64,000 nucleotides of DNA from Bacilli bacterium (lineage in GTDB: Bacteria; Bacillota_I; Bacilli_A; ML615J-28; CAG-313). Both the position numbers and the translations under genes were made by a program. Every line of letters begins with the position of its first letter. Position 1 is the stretch's first letter. Location of the stretch: positions 31,429 to 95,428 of the forward strand of contig JAFQFT010000011.1 of NCBI GenBank assembly GCA_017398545.1. The letters are read 5' to 3'. This document shows positions 51,191 through 64,000 of this stretch, piece by piece. The notes below the pieces were generated by a model. It saw only the letters and a list, made by a program, of their open reading frames with translations. It had not been told where the DNA came from and made no database searches.

Positions 51191-52206
51191 GCCAGTACCT
51201 CATCAATCATATGTTCATATATTTTATTTGAATGATAATTTTTCATATTATTTATATATATATCTTTATCTGAATTTAACATATTTAATTTATGAATGAA
51301 ATTACTCATTGTTAGATCTTTTTCTTCAATCATTTCTATACAACCTAATTCTTTAAAATACACAGCATTATGATACTGATGATTATTAGTTACATTAATG
51401 GATGGAATAATTATACTAAGAGTACTAGTTCCAATAATTTCAAATAAAGTTGATGCACCAGCACGTGACACTACTATATCACTAGATGCAATTTCATTTA
51501 TTAAATTATTACTAAATGGATATATATGAATTAAACGACTAGACACCTTATTTCTTATATTATCATAATATTTTTTACCAGTAACAATATATATATCATA
51601 TTCTTTTAAATAACCATTGTTAATTAAATTAACAGCTAAATCATTGATAACTTTTGCACCCAAAGTACCTGATGTAAATAAAATTTTCTTTTTAATTTTA
51701 TATATATCTTTTTTTACATTTAACGCATTTAAATAAACAGGATTACCAACTAATAAATAATTCTTTTTAATCTTCTTTACTGGATATGATAAAAATACTT
51801 TATTAACCATTTTAGATAATAATTTATTAGCTTTCCCCATTACACTATTTTGTTCATGTAAATATGTTTTTAACTTTAAAGACTTTGCTGCAAGTATTCC
51901 TATTCCACTAATATATCCACCAAATCCATACGCAATTTCTACTTTTTCTTCTTTTAAAATCTTTTTTATTTTATTATATGCTTTTAAATTTTCAACTTGT
52001 GACTTAATATTTTTACTCATTTTAGAACATTCAATATAATACACTTTATCTATTTTCTCACTCTTTAATACTTCATATGATGTATCTTTTGATGTTGCAC
52101 AAACAATAACTTGCACATCATTATATCTTTTCTTAATTTCTTTTATTAATATTACACATGGCATTATATGACCAAGCGTACCTCCAGTAAAACAAACTAT
52201 CTTCAA
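51187..52206 (-). CDS. murG: Lipid II GlcNAc transferase (divergent)
   Basis: TGGTLGH, GFGGY, HEQN, VGNP, VSRAGAST, HQYHNA; TTG start. Confidence 0.9.
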   Translation of the reverse strand: MKIVCFTGGTLGHIMPCVILIKEIKKRYNDVQVIVCATSKDTSYEVLKSEKIDKVYYIECSKMSKNIKSQVENLKAYNKIKKILKEEKVEIAYGFGGYISGIGILAAKSLKLKTYLHEQNSVMGKANKLLSKMVNKVFLSYPVKKIKKNYLLVGNPVYLNALNVKKDIYKIKKKILFTSGTLGAKVINDLAVNLINNGYLKEYDIYIVTGKKYYDNIRNKVSSRLIHIYPFSNNLINEIASSDIVVSRAGASTLFEIIGTSTLSIIIPSINVTNNHQYHNAVYFKELGCIEMIEEKDLTMSNFIHKLNMLNSDKDIYINNMKNYHSNKIYEHMIDEVLA

Positions 52207-52208
52207 TA

Positions 52209-53300
52209 TTATTCCCCCCTATATCTACTAACATTTAAAACTAAACCAATCATTATTAAACTCATCATTAAACTAGTTCCACCATAACTTATAATTGGAA
52301 GTGTAATTCCAGTAACTGGTAATAAACCAATTACTACACCAATATTAATAAATACTTGAACAAAAAATGTAAGTCCAATACCAAAAGATAAATACTTCAT
52401 AAATAAATTTGTAACACTTTGTCCAATTTTAATCATTCTATAAATTAAAACAAAAAATAAACTTAATAAAAATATTGCTCCAAGAAGTCCTAATTCTTCT
52501 GCTACTATCGCAAAAATAAAATCATTTTGAGGTTCAGGTAAAAAGAAATGCTTTTGAATACTTTTATTAAACCCAAGTCCAAATAACCCACTTGGAGCAA
52601 GAGCATATAAAGACTGAATAGCCTGAAAACCACTACCTAAAGGATCACTCCAAGGATCTAAAAATGAGAAAATTCTTTCCATTCGATATGGTGCACTAAT
52701 AACTAGTCCCACTACACCAACAATACCAATAACTATTAACATCATAAAATATTTAAATGGAGCACCTGTCATAAATAACAAAAGAAATGATCCAAGTACT
52801 AGCACAAGTCCTGTCCCAAAATCAGGTTGTAACATAATAAGTCCAAAAACACTCCCTATAATACAAAGAACAAAAAAGAAATTTTTAAACTTTAATAAAT
52901 CTTTATCATATTTACTAAAATATCTAGCAAGTAACAAGACTATACCTATTTTCATTGCTTCAGAAGGTTGAAACGATACACTTCCAACCCCTATCCAACT
53001 TCTAGCCCCACCTCTAACCATTCCAATGCCAGGTATTAAAACTAGTATTAAACATACAAGTGCAATCAAAAATATTAAAGCTGAATACTTATATATTTTA
53101 TTAATATCTATATTAATAATTAATATCATTAATACTATTCCAATCCCCGCAAATATAAGTTGTCTTTTAATAAAATAAAAACTATCATTATATTTGTATA
53201 GGGCTACAACATTACTTGCAGAATAAACCATTAAAAGTCCAAATATAACTAAAACAATTGTTACAATTAATAATACTTTATCTACTTTTAACTTCTTCAT
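52209..53300 (-). CDS. spoVE: SEDS protein SpoVE/FtsW
   Basis: MVYSAS, GARSW, QPSE, QPDFG, DPWSDPLGSGFQ, LPEPQNDFIF, PVTGITLP; spoVE-murG-murB order. Confidence 0.8.
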   Translation of the reverse strand: MKKLKVDKVLLIVTIVLVIFGLLMVYSASNVVALYKYNDSFYFIKRQLIFAGIGIVLMILIINIDINKIYKYSALIFLIALVCLILVLIPGIGMVRGGARSWIGVGSVSFQPSEAMKIGIVLLLARYFSKYDKDLLKFKNFFFVLCIIGSVFGLIMLQPDFGTGLVLVLGSFLLLFMTGAPFKYFMMLIVIGIVGVVGLVISAPYRMERIFSFLDPWSDPLGSGFQAIQSLYALAPSGLFGLGFNKSIQKHFFLPEPQNDFIFAIVAEELGLLGAIFLLSLFFVLIYRMIKIGQSVTNLFMKYLSFGIGLTFFVQVFINIGVVIGLLPVTGITLPIISYGGTSLMMSLIMIGLVLNVSRYRGE

Positions 53301-53314
53301 TTTTTCACCAATAA

Positions 53315-53343
53315 ATTATATGAAAAAAAGCTAGGTAAAATAC

Positions 53344-53347
<4 letters not shown>
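53315..53347 (-). promoter_or_regulatory. sigmaE-like promoter embedded in the upstream terminator
   Basis: GTATTTT-14 bp-CATATAAT overlapping the CTAGGTA-TTT-TACCTAG hairpin and T run. Confidence 0.5.
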
Positions 53348-55387
<2,040 letters not shown>

Positions 55388-55463
55388 TCATATATGTATT
55401 ATACCAAATTATTTAAAAAAAGTAAAAGTAAGTGATTAATTTAAATCACTTACTTAATTTTTC

Positions 55464-56789
55464 TTATAAACGTTTCTTTAGTTCTTCTGTCATTGCTTCA
55501 TAACCAGGTTTTTCTAAAAGTGCAAACATATTCTTTTTATAACTTTCAACACCTGGTTGATTAAATGGATTAACACCAGTTAAATAACAACATACACCAC
55601 AGCTAAACATAAAGAAGTATAAAAGATAACCAATATTATATGCATTAATTTCTACGATAGAAAGTACAAGGTTTGGAACTCCACCATCAACATGTGCTAG
55701 AATTGTTCCTTGCATTGCCATTTTATTAACACTATCTAAATCTTTACCTTCAAGATAGTTAAGTTGATCAAGGTCAACTTCTTCTTTCTTTAGAATAATA
55801 TTTTCTTCAGGACTTTCTACATTTAAAACAGTTTCAAACATAATACGTTTACCTTCTTGAACATATTGTCCCATTGAATGAAGGTCTGTTGAATAAACTA
55901 AGCTTGCAGGGAATACACCTTTATTATCTTTACCTTCAGATTCACCATAAAGTTGTTTCCACCATTCACTGATAAATGAAAGTTTTGGTTCATAACTTAC
56001 TAAAATTTCAACGTCTAATCCTTTATTATATAAAGCGTTTCTTGAAGCTGCATAAAGTAAGCATGAATTTTCTTCAAATTCATTATTGATAGCATCAACT
56101 CTAGCTTGTTCTGCACCTTTCATTAAATCATCAATATTAATACCACTAGCAGCAATAGGAAGAAGTCCTACTGCAGTAAACCAAGAATATCTACCACCAA
56201 TATCATCTGGTACGATAAATGTTTCGTAACCTTCGTTTGTTGCAAGAACTCTTAATGCACCTTTTGCTTTATCAGTTGTAGCATAAATTCTTTTAGCAGC
56301 ATCAGCTTTTCCATATTTCTTCTCAAGTAATTCTTTAAATAATCTAAATGCAACAGCAGGTTCTGTAGTAGTACCTGATTTTGAAATTACATTGATTGAG
56401 AATTCTTTATTTTCTAAATATTTAAGAAGCTGTGCTGCATATGTAGAAGATAATGTTTGACCAGCAAAAATTATTTCTACTTCTTTTTCTGTAGGGAAGT
56501 AATTCTTCATTGCTTCAATAACAGCTTTAGCACCAAGATATGATCCACCAATACCAATAACAACTAATACTTCTGAATCTTTTCTAATCTTTTCAGCAGC
56601 TTTTTTGATTCTTGCATATTCTTCTTTATCATAATCAACAGTCCAGTTAATCCAACCTAAAAAGTCATTACCAGCACCTGTTTTTTCCACTAATACTTTT
56701 CTTGCAGCATATGTTTTTTCTTTTAAACCAAGTAGTTCTTCTTTTGGTAAAAAGTTTGCTATATTTTTATAATTAATTTTTACGCTCAT
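55464..56789 (-). CDS. pgi: Glucose-6-phosphate isomerase
   Basis: [34 protein letters not shown]. Confidence 0.97.
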   Translation of the reverse strand: MSVKINYKNIANFLPKEELLGLKEKTYAARKVLVEKTGAGNDFLGWINWTVDYDKEEYARIKKAAEKIRKDSEVLVVIGIGGSYLGAKAVIEAMKNYFPTEKEVEIIFAGQTLSSTYAAQLLKYLENKEFSINVISKSGTTTEPAVAFRLFKELLEKKYGKADAAKRIYATTDKAKGALRVLATNEGYETFIVPDDIGGRYSWFTAVGLLPIAASGINIDDLMKGAEQARVDAINNEFEENSCLLYAASRNALYNKGLDVEILVSYEPKLSFISEWWKQLYGESEGKDNKGVFPASLVYSTDLHSMGQYVQEGKRIMFETVLNVESPEENIILKKEEVDLDQLNYLEGKDLDSVNKMAMQGTILAHVDGGVPNLVLSIVEINAYNIGYLLYFFMFSCGVCCYLTGVNPFNQPGVESYKKNMFALLEKPGYEAMTEELKKRL

Positions 56790-56801
56790 ATATATAACCT
56801 C

Positions 56802-58496
56802 TTAATCAATCTTATTGATAATTTCCATAACTTCAGCTTTTAAGTTTTCAATAAAAGCCTCAGCTGAAGCTTTATCTTTATCTTTAATAGCAATATAAAT
56901 CTTTAATTTTGGTTCTGTACCAGATGGTCTAAGAGCAAACCAACCACCATCTTCATATATATATTTAAGTACTAAAGACTTAGGAAGAGTAATTGGAGTT
57001 TCAACACCATTAGTTACACTTATACTCTTATCATAGTCTTCTACTGTAACAATAGGTTTTCCACCCATTGAAGCAATAGTTGCATTTTGGAAGTAAGACA
57101 TAATCTTCTTAATTTTTGCTTGACCTTCAAGGCCTGTTAAAGAAATGTTTTGAACACCTTCTAGGTAATAACCATATTCTTTATATATTTCATCAAGAAC
57201 ATTTACAAGTGTTTTACCTAATTCTTTATAATAAGATGCAACTTCTGCAAGTAAAAGTGTTGCTTGGAATGAATCTTTATCTCTTACAAATGGTTTAATA
57301 ACTGAACCATATGATTCTTCATATCCAAAGAAGAATGACTTTTCAGTATTTTCAATTAGTTTTGCTTGTTCACCGATAAACTTAAATCCTGTAAGTGTTT
57401 GTACAAGTGTTAAGTTATGTTTATCACAAATGTCTTTTGCAATATTAGATGTAACTATTGTATTGTAAACACAAGCATTCTTATCATGTGGTACATTAAG
57501 TGCTAAATAGTTAAGAAGAATTGCACCAGTTTGGTTACCAGTAAGAAGTACATATTCACCTTCATCATTAAGTGCAGCAATCCCCATTCTATCTGCATCT
57601 GGGTCAGTTGCAATTAAAATATCAGCACCAACTTCACGTCCTAATTTTAGTGAATATTCAAATGCACTTGATTCTTCTGGATTAGGAGATTTTAAAGTAG
57701 AGAATTCTCCATCTGGAACCATTTGTTCTTTAACTGGAATAACTGTATAACCTTGTTCTTCTAATAATTCCACCATAAAAGCACAACCTGTACCATGAAG
57801 AGGAGTATAAACAATTTTAATATTGTCTTTCTTAACTTTATTTACAGGGATAGTTTTAACTGCTTCTAAGTAAGGAACATCAACTAATTCATTAATTTCT
57901 AAAATTTTACCTTCTTTTACAAGTTCATCATAAGGTCTTACTTCAATATTAAACATGTCAGTAACATTATTAACTTCATTAGTTACACTATCAGCAAGAT
58001 GAGGAATTAATTGACATCCTTCATCATCATAAACTTTATATCCATTATATTGAGGTGGATTGTGGCTTGCAGTAATCATAATACCACCAGCACATTTTAA
58101 GTGTCTAACTGCAAAACTAAGTTCAGGAGTAGGACGAAGTGCTGTAAATAAATATACTTTCATACCATTAGTTGCAAGAACTTGTGCAGCTGCTTTAGAA
58201 AATTCAACTGATCCACGTCTACAGTCATATGCAATAACACATCCTTTTTCTTTTGCGTTATCATACTCTTTAACCATAAAATTCATGAATCCTACTGTTG
58301 TTTTTCTAACAATATATTCATTCATTCTATTTGTACCCATGCCTACAATTCCTCTTAGACCTGCTGTACCAAATGCAATATCAAGACCAAATGCATCTTC
58401 TAATTCTTTTTCATCCATTTGTTCGATTTGTTTTAATTCTTCTTCTTTTACATGAGCTTTCCATAATTCTACTTTTTTTAATATTTCTTGATTCAT
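56802..58496 (-). CDS. pgm: Phosphoglucomutase/phosphomannomutase
   Basis: FGTAG, TASHNP, DPDADR, GYEES, RPSGTEPK. Confidence 0.93.
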   Translation of the reverse strand: MNQEILKKVELWKAHVKEEELKQIEQMDEKELEDAFGLDIAFGTAGLRGIVGMGTNRMNEYIVRKTTVGFMNFMVKEYDNAKEKGCVIAYDCRRGSVEFSKAAAQVLATNGMKVYLFTALRPTPELSFAVRHLKCAGGIMITASHNPPQYNGYKVYDDEGCQLIPHLADSVTNEVNNVTDMFNIEVRPYDELVKEGKILEINELVDVPYLEAVKTIPVNKVKKDNIKIVYTPLHGTGCAFMVELLEEQGYTVIPVKEQMVPDGEFSTLKSPNPEESSAFEYSLKLGREVGADILIATDPDADRMGIAALNDEGEYVLLTGNQTGAILLNYLALNVPHDKNACVYNTIVTSNIAKDICDKHNLTLVQTLTGFKFIGEQAKLIENTEKSFFFGYEESYGSVIKPFVRDKDSFQATLLLAEVASYYKELGKTLVNVLDEIYKEYGYYLEGVQNISLTGLEGQAKIKKIMSYFQNATIASMGGKPIVTVEDYDKSISVTNGVETPITLPKSLVLKYIYEDGGWFALRPSGTEPKLKIYIAIKDKDKASAEAFIENLKAEVMEIINKID

Positions 58497-58499
58497 ATT

Positions 58500-59381
58500 C
58501 TAATTCTCTTCCTTTCCATAACGATCAACGAAATTGCAATAAGCACCTAATATTCCACCATCATTTTTAAAATGTGCAGGAATTATATCTAATGTACTTT
58601 GGAATCCATCTACTAAGTAGTAATCTGCGTATCTATTGATTTCAAAACCAAAGTCATCTCTTGCAGAAATACCACCACCAATAATAACTGCTTCAGGATT
58701 AAAGATATAAACTAAGTTAGCAATACCCTTACCAAGATTACGATAGAATTCTCCAACTACAAGTTGAGCAACTTTATCTCCTTGATCGTATAAGTCAAAT
58801 ACATCTTTTCCTTCTTCTACTTCTAAGCCGCGCAATTTTGCACTTTTTAGCAGTGCTGTCATTGACGCCATTTTTTCCCAATGAACACCATCTACAAGCA
58901 TTCTACCAATTTCACCAGCATTATAGTTATTACCACGCCAAATTTTATTATTAACAACAATAGCACCACCAATACCAGTACCAACTGTCATAACTAAATA
59001 AGTATTATATTTAGAACCAGCTCCCATTTTACATTCACATGCTGCAAAACTATTTACATCATTATCTGCAACAATACGAAGTCCTAGTTCTTCCATAAAT
59101 AGCTTTTCAAAATCCCATTCACCAAACTGAGGAATGGCATCAGGAGGAGTAATCATGCAACCTTTATCAAAGTTTATACTACCGGCACAAGAAATTCCTA
59201 CCCCTTCAATATCAGGATGTTTCTTTTGAACTTTCTTTGCAGTAGATATTAACCTTTCAGTGACATCTTTATGTCCTCTTTTATAATTTGTTGGGAACAT
59301 ACTTTTTTCTAGGATATTTCCATTTTCTATTACTCCATATTTAATATTTGTTCCACCAATATCAAAACATAATAATTTCAT
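58500..59381 (-). CDS. ROK family sugar kinase
   Basis: DIGGT, DNDVN, GTGIGG, AGEIG, IIGGG. Confidence 0.9.
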   Translation of the reverse strand: MKLLCFDIGGTNIKYGVIENGNILEKSMFPTNYKRGHKDVTERLISTAKKVQKKHPDIEGVGISCAGSINFDKGCMITPPDAIPQFGEWDFEKLFMEELGLRIVADNDVNSFAACECKMGAGSKYNTYLVMTVGTGIGGAIVVNNKIWRGNNYNAGEIGRMLVDGVHWEKMASMTALLKSAKLRGLEVEEGKDVFDLYDQGDKVAQLVVGEFYRNLGKGIANLVYIFNPEAVIIGGGISARDDFGFEINRYADYYLVDGFQSTLDIIPAHFKNDGGILGAYCNFVDRYGKEEN

Positions 59382-59394
59382 AACATACTCCTTC

Positions 59395-62300
59395 TTAAAT
59401 TATTTGAATATCATCAACTACAATTTGTAATTTATTACGCATTGTAACCATACCAGTAATTATCACAATTGAACCAATTGTTAGATTTTGTAATCGATTA
59501 TAAATTCTTGGAAATAGTGTTAATTCTATTTCGTTCATATTATCTTCAAGTGATGCAAAAGCCATTAATTCATTATTCTTGGTTTTAATTTCTCTAATTT
59601 TTGTTAAAATACCAAGTGTTCTAATTTGCATATTTTCTTTAGCATCTTTAATAAATATAAGCTTTTTAGATTCATATATACTTGCATATTGTTTAAAGAA
59701 ATTATACTTAATATTAAGTCCCAATACTTCTTTTTCCTTTTCAAGTAAGACACCATATGAATATTCTTCATCAGTATAAGTTACACCTTTCATACCTGGA
59801 ATACCTTCATAATCAAGTAAATTAATATGAAGTTCAGCTGATTCTATCATTGATTTTTTAGTTAAATTAAAACAATCAAGTGCACCACTATAAATTATAT
59901 TATTAACTAAACTAAATGGAATAATATCTTTTGTTCTGATTAAGAAATCTTTAAATGAAGTAAATTTACCCTTTAGACGCTCTTCCATAATTTCTTTTGC
60001 TTTAACTTCACCTAAACCTTTGATAATTGTAAGTGGAAATAAAATTTTAGTATTTACAGATACAAAATAATTAAGTGATTCATTAATATTAGGTCCAAGC
60101 ACATCAATATTTTTTCTTAATGCTTCTTTATAATAACTTACAATATCACTATTACTACCAATGAATGTTGTCATTAAAGTAGACATATAATATGTTGGAT
60201 AATGACATTTTAAATAAGCGGTTTGATATGCAAGTTTAGCATATGCAACACTATGTGCTTTATTAAATCCATAATCAGCAAACTTTACAATATAATCATA
60301 TATCTCTTCTGCAACACGCCTTTCATATCCTTTTTTCATACTTGATTCAATGAATGAGATACGTTCTTGTTCTAAAATATCTTTCTTTTTCTTAGATACT
60401 GCACGTCTTAAAATATCAGCACGACCAAGAGTGTATCCCGCAAATTTTACCGCTATTTGCATGATTTGCTCTTGATATACAATTGTTCCATATGTTTCTT
60501 TTAAAATAGAACGAAGATCTTCGTGTGGGTATGAAACTATTTCCTCACCAAACTTTCTTTTAATAAATGTTGGAATAATATCCATTGGACCAGGTCTATA
60601 AAGTGCAAGCGCACTAATAATATCATCAAGCGACGAAGTTTTTAACTCCTTAATAACTTTGCTCATTCCAGCAGATTCTAATTGGAACACACCCACTACA
60701 TCTCCTTGCGCAAGCATTTTAAATACTTCAGAGTCATTTTCTTCTTTAGGCATCATAAAGTCTTGATTATCTAACTTGATAAGTTCAATTGTCTTACTAA
60801 CATTAGTTAAGTTCTTTAAACCTAAAAAGTCCATTTTTAAAAGTCCTAATGATTCTAGATCACTTGCTTCAAATTGTGTTTGATAAATTCCGTCTAATCC
60901 ATTATCAAGAGCAGTATAATTAACTAACGGATATTTTGTAATAATTATCCCTGCTGCATGAGTAGATACATTTCTAGGTAGTCCTTGTATTTTACAAGCT
61001 ACACTTAATAACTTGTTTATATCTTCATATTCATCCATTAATTGTTTAAGAGTATCTGATTTTTCAATTAAACTAACAAGTGATGGTTGATGAATTTTAT
61101 AGTTTTCTAATTCTTGATTTATAATTTTTAATACTTGTTTTAAATGTGTATCTTTTGTTTTATAAACTCTTGCAGCATCATTAATTGCAAGTTTAACTTG
61201 GAATGTACCAAATGTACCAATATGTGCAACACGTGATGCTCCATATCTTTTACCAACATATTCAATAACTTTATCCCTTTCATCATCAGGAAAATCTATA
61301 TCAATATCAGGCATTGTAACACGTTCTTCATTTAAGAAACGCTCAAACAATAAATTATATTTTATCGGATCTACATCAGTAATACCAAGGCAATAAGCTA
61401 TTAAACTAGCCCCTGCTGATCCTCTTCCAGGGCCAACATAAATATTACTTTTTTTCGCAAATTTTACATAATCCCATACGATCAAGAAATAATCAGAAAA
61501 ACCCATTTTAACAATCGTATCATACTCTTTTTTAAGGCGTTCTATATATATAGACTGATTTACATTTGGAAGAGACTTTAATCTTTTCTTAAGTCCCATA
61601 ACACTTAATTCATATAGATATTTATCAGCATCAACATCATCACTGAATTTAGGTAATTGGAATTTACCAAATTCTATTTCTACATTACATTTATCACTAA
61701 TAATTTTAGAGTTTTCTAATAAGACAGGATATTTACCAAATAAGAATTCAATTTCCGATGATTCATATAAATAACTATTAGATTCAGATTCAGTAATATT
61801 AACTAAGTTTGCATTATTACCAATTGACTTAAGAAGTGTATACGCATCAACATCGCTTGGGCTTAAATAATATACTGGTTGTATCGCAACCATTTTAACA
61901 CCATTACTATTTAAAATTTGATAATAATTGTCGAAATTATTTCGGTCGGTTAACGTTGTTAAACTAATACCTACATATACATTAACAAACACTGATTCAA
62001 GTATTGATAAATGCTCTTTTAGTTTACTTATATTTTTACTTTTTAAATAGTTATAAATAACACTATCGAGTCCAGGTGTAACACAAAGTACACCTAATGA
62101 ACATTTCCTTAAATCTTCAATATCAATTGGTTGATGAAATGTTTTATAACGACTAGATATACGCATTAAATTACGATAACCCGCAATATCCATTGCGTAT
62201 AATAAAATATTACTTATAACTCCATTTAAATTATATGGAACTTTTAATCCAATAATTGGTTTTATACCTGCTTTTTTACAAGCATTATAGAACTTTATAG

Positions 62301-62439
62301 TGCCATGCATTACACCTTCATCAGTTACCGCAAGGCTTTTATATCCATATAATTTTGCTATTTCTACTAAAGAATCAATGCCACATGTACTTTGTAACAT
62401 TGAATATTCACTACGAACATATAAAGGAACAAATTCCAT
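59395..62439 (-). CDS. dnaE: DNA polymerase III alpha subunit
   Basis: PHP domain, GPGRGS, PDIDIDF, STHAAG, KMDFLGL, FNKAHS; start moved to ATG 62439 behind AAGGAG. Confidence 0.95.
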   Translation of the reverse strand: MEFVPLYVRSEYSMLQSTCGIDSLVEIAKLYGYKSLAVTDEGVMHGTIKFYNACKKAGIKPIIGLKVPYNLNGVISNILLYAMDIAGYRNLMRISSRYKTFHQPIDIEDLRKCSLGVLCVTPGLDSVIYNYLKSKNISKLKEHLSILESVFVNVYVGISLTTLTDRNNFDNYYQILNSNGVKMVAIQPVYYLSPSDVDAYTLLKSIGNNANLVNITESESNSYLYESSEIEFLFGKYPVLLENSKIISDKCNVEIEFGKFQLPKFSDDVDADKYLYELSVMGLKKRLKSLPNVNQSIYIERLKKEYDTIVKMGFSDYFLIVWDYVKFAKKSNIYVGPGRGSAGASLIAYCLGITDVDPIKYNLLFERFLNEERVTMPDIDIDFPDDERDKVIEYVGKRYGASRVAHIGTFGTFQVKLAINDAARVYKTKDTHLKQVLKIINQELENYKIHQPSLVSLIEKSDTLKQLMDEYEDINKLLSVACKIQGLPRNVSTHAAGIIITKYPLVNYTALDNGLDGIYQTQFEASDLESLGLLKMDFLGLKNLTNVSKTIELIKLDNQDFMMPKEENDSEVFKMLAQGDVVGVFQLESAGMSKVIKELKTSSLDDIISALALYRPGPMDIIPTFIKRKFGEEIVSYPHEDLRSILKETYGTIVYQEQIMQIAVKFAGYTLGRADILRRAVSKKKKDILEQERISFIESSMKKGYERRVAEEIYDYIVKFADYGFNKAHSVAYAKLAYQTAYLKCHYPTYYMSTLMTTFIGSNSDIVSYYKEALRKNIDVLGPNINESLNYFVSVNTKILFPLTIIKGLGEVKAKEIMEERLKGKFTSFKDFLIRTKDIIPFSLVNNIIYSGALDCFNLTKKSMIESAELHINLLDYEGIPGMKGVTYTDEEYSYGVLLEKEKEVLGLNIKYNFFKQYASIYESKKLIFIKDAKENMQIRTLGILTKIREIKTKNNELMAFASLEDNMNEIELTLFPRIYNRLQNLTIGSIVIITGMVTMRNKLQIVVDDIQII

Positions 62440-62531
62440 TGGCTCTCTCCTTACATAATAATCCATTCTTATTATACAATATTTGGAAATTTATTTCAAA
62501 CGATAATAGAATATTTTAATTAAATACTTTT

Positions 62532-63998
62532 TTAAAAAGACTTTCTTTTAGTTTTTTTAATTAATAAGTAGCCAACAAAACCTAACCCTGTTAAAGAAAA
62601 GATTGATATACAAATAATAATAATACTTTTTAAATAACTAGTTGGTTTAATTTTTTCATAATACTCAAGATAGGAATTAGAATTACTTAGTACATTTAAT
62701 ACTTTTAAATTATCCTTAGTTACATCATGTACAATATTTATAGAATTTAACCTTCCATCTTCATAGATAATCTCAATATTAGAATCAAATATTTTATCTT
62801 GTACAACTTCTGAAACTAATACCTCTTGTATATTTCCATCTCCTAAATCATAACATAAGTAAACTTTTAAACTATTTGATGAAACTAATTGATTAGATGA
62901 ACAAATTTGTTCTTGATCATTATCAACTATTTTCAAATACATAAAAGTTTTATCCAAGTCACTTACACTTAAATTAATACTAAATCTTTCTTCTTCAATT
63001 GTTTTATTTAAAATAATATTTGGTACTTCTTTTAAATAGTTAAATACAACTTGTTTTTCTAATTCATAATAATATTCTTCTTCTCTATCAATAAAAACTA
63101 CCCCATTTAACATATAAGAAGAAAGTCTTTTTTCACTATACGGAAAACTAATAACTAATACATCATCAATAATTTCATAATTAGAATAACTCTTATTATC
63201 TACTAAAACATCTTTTACAACTTGTTTATTTAATTCAATATTAATAAAAGCTATATCATTATTAATAGTTACTCCATCTATATATTTAATATTTTCTTCT
63301 TTATAATAGTTAGGAACTATATATATATGATAACTCTTCACTTTACCATTAATATTAGTTATTTCAATATCATATTCTCCAGGATCATTAAGTCTGTTTC
63401 CATAATAAATTGTTTCACCATTTAGTTTTGCAGCACCAAAAAATTCTAATACTTTTCATTCATTATATATTCCATTATTAATAAAATTTGTATATTCATC
63501 AATAATTAATTTTTTATATAGCGTTGTAATAAGATTATTATTATTTAAAACCTTATACTCTATTTCATACATTCCACACATTGTTTTATCAAAATACGGA
63601 CTAATACTTCCTATCTCTATAGATATATCTGTAAACCAAGATTCTACTAATACATTTGATGTATCTAAATAATTTAAATTAAAGTAATTTAAAATTTTAT
63701 CACTTTCTTTAATTATTTCATATTCAAAAACTTTAATTATATTTACTATATTATCTATAGAGTATAAATATAAGTTTCCATCTATGACTTTATAATCATA
63801 TACTTTACCTAAAACATCTAATTTTTTATCTTCTTTATATTCAGTTTGAGTACTTGTAAATAAAGCTTTTTTAGTTTTATTAAACAGCAATTCTTTATTA
63901 ACAGACTTATGATGATTTATTAATTCTACATCATCTGTAGTATTTATTTGATAATATCTTACCGTTTTAAAATCTTTTTCTAGTTTATAAATATAATA
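62532..63998 (-). pseudogene. Large C-terminally membrane-anchored protein, partial, with an in-frame TGA
   Basis: One frame is open from the right edge to 62532 except TGA at 63456-63458; C-terminal TM helix plus basic tail. Confidence 0.6.
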
Positions 63999-64000
63999 AC

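Overview
Very AT-rich chromosomal window from a low-GC Bacilli-type bacterium using genetic code 11. Its compact gene set resembles uncultured Mollicutes-adjacent lineages (inference), yet it clearly encodes endospore genes. Bases 1 to ~13,500 are an accessory, partly decayed mobile island. It holds an AAA ATPase with a long structured leader, a satD/DUF3307 pair behind three 29-bp-spaced palindromes, a promoter-and-terminator-bounded sRNA candidate, a nonsense-interrupted large serine recombinase with TnpW-like and ImmA/ImmR-like partners, a large Ig-domain secreted protein, RhuM plus an HTH gene, and two diverged copies of a 131-nt element with compensatory base changes. Its right edge is marked by two copies of a YjcZ/SscA-like sporulation gene, each lacking an in-frame start, suggesting site-specific integration at that gene's start codon. 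Bases ~13,500-64,000 are core genome: mscL, def, rnj, uvrC, malQ, the rimP-nusA-infB-rbfA operon, iscS-thiI, fucO, ftsZ, ackA, tgt, pgi, pgm, dnaE. Interleaved are gerE, kapD-like, an alpha/beta SASP, cotJB/C and spoVE-murG-murB, several with sigmaK-, sigmaG- or sigmaE-like promoters, plus an unannotated 42-aa ORF with a forespore-type promoter. No rRNA, tRNA or CRISPR array was seen. All family calls come from manual motif recognition, not database searches.
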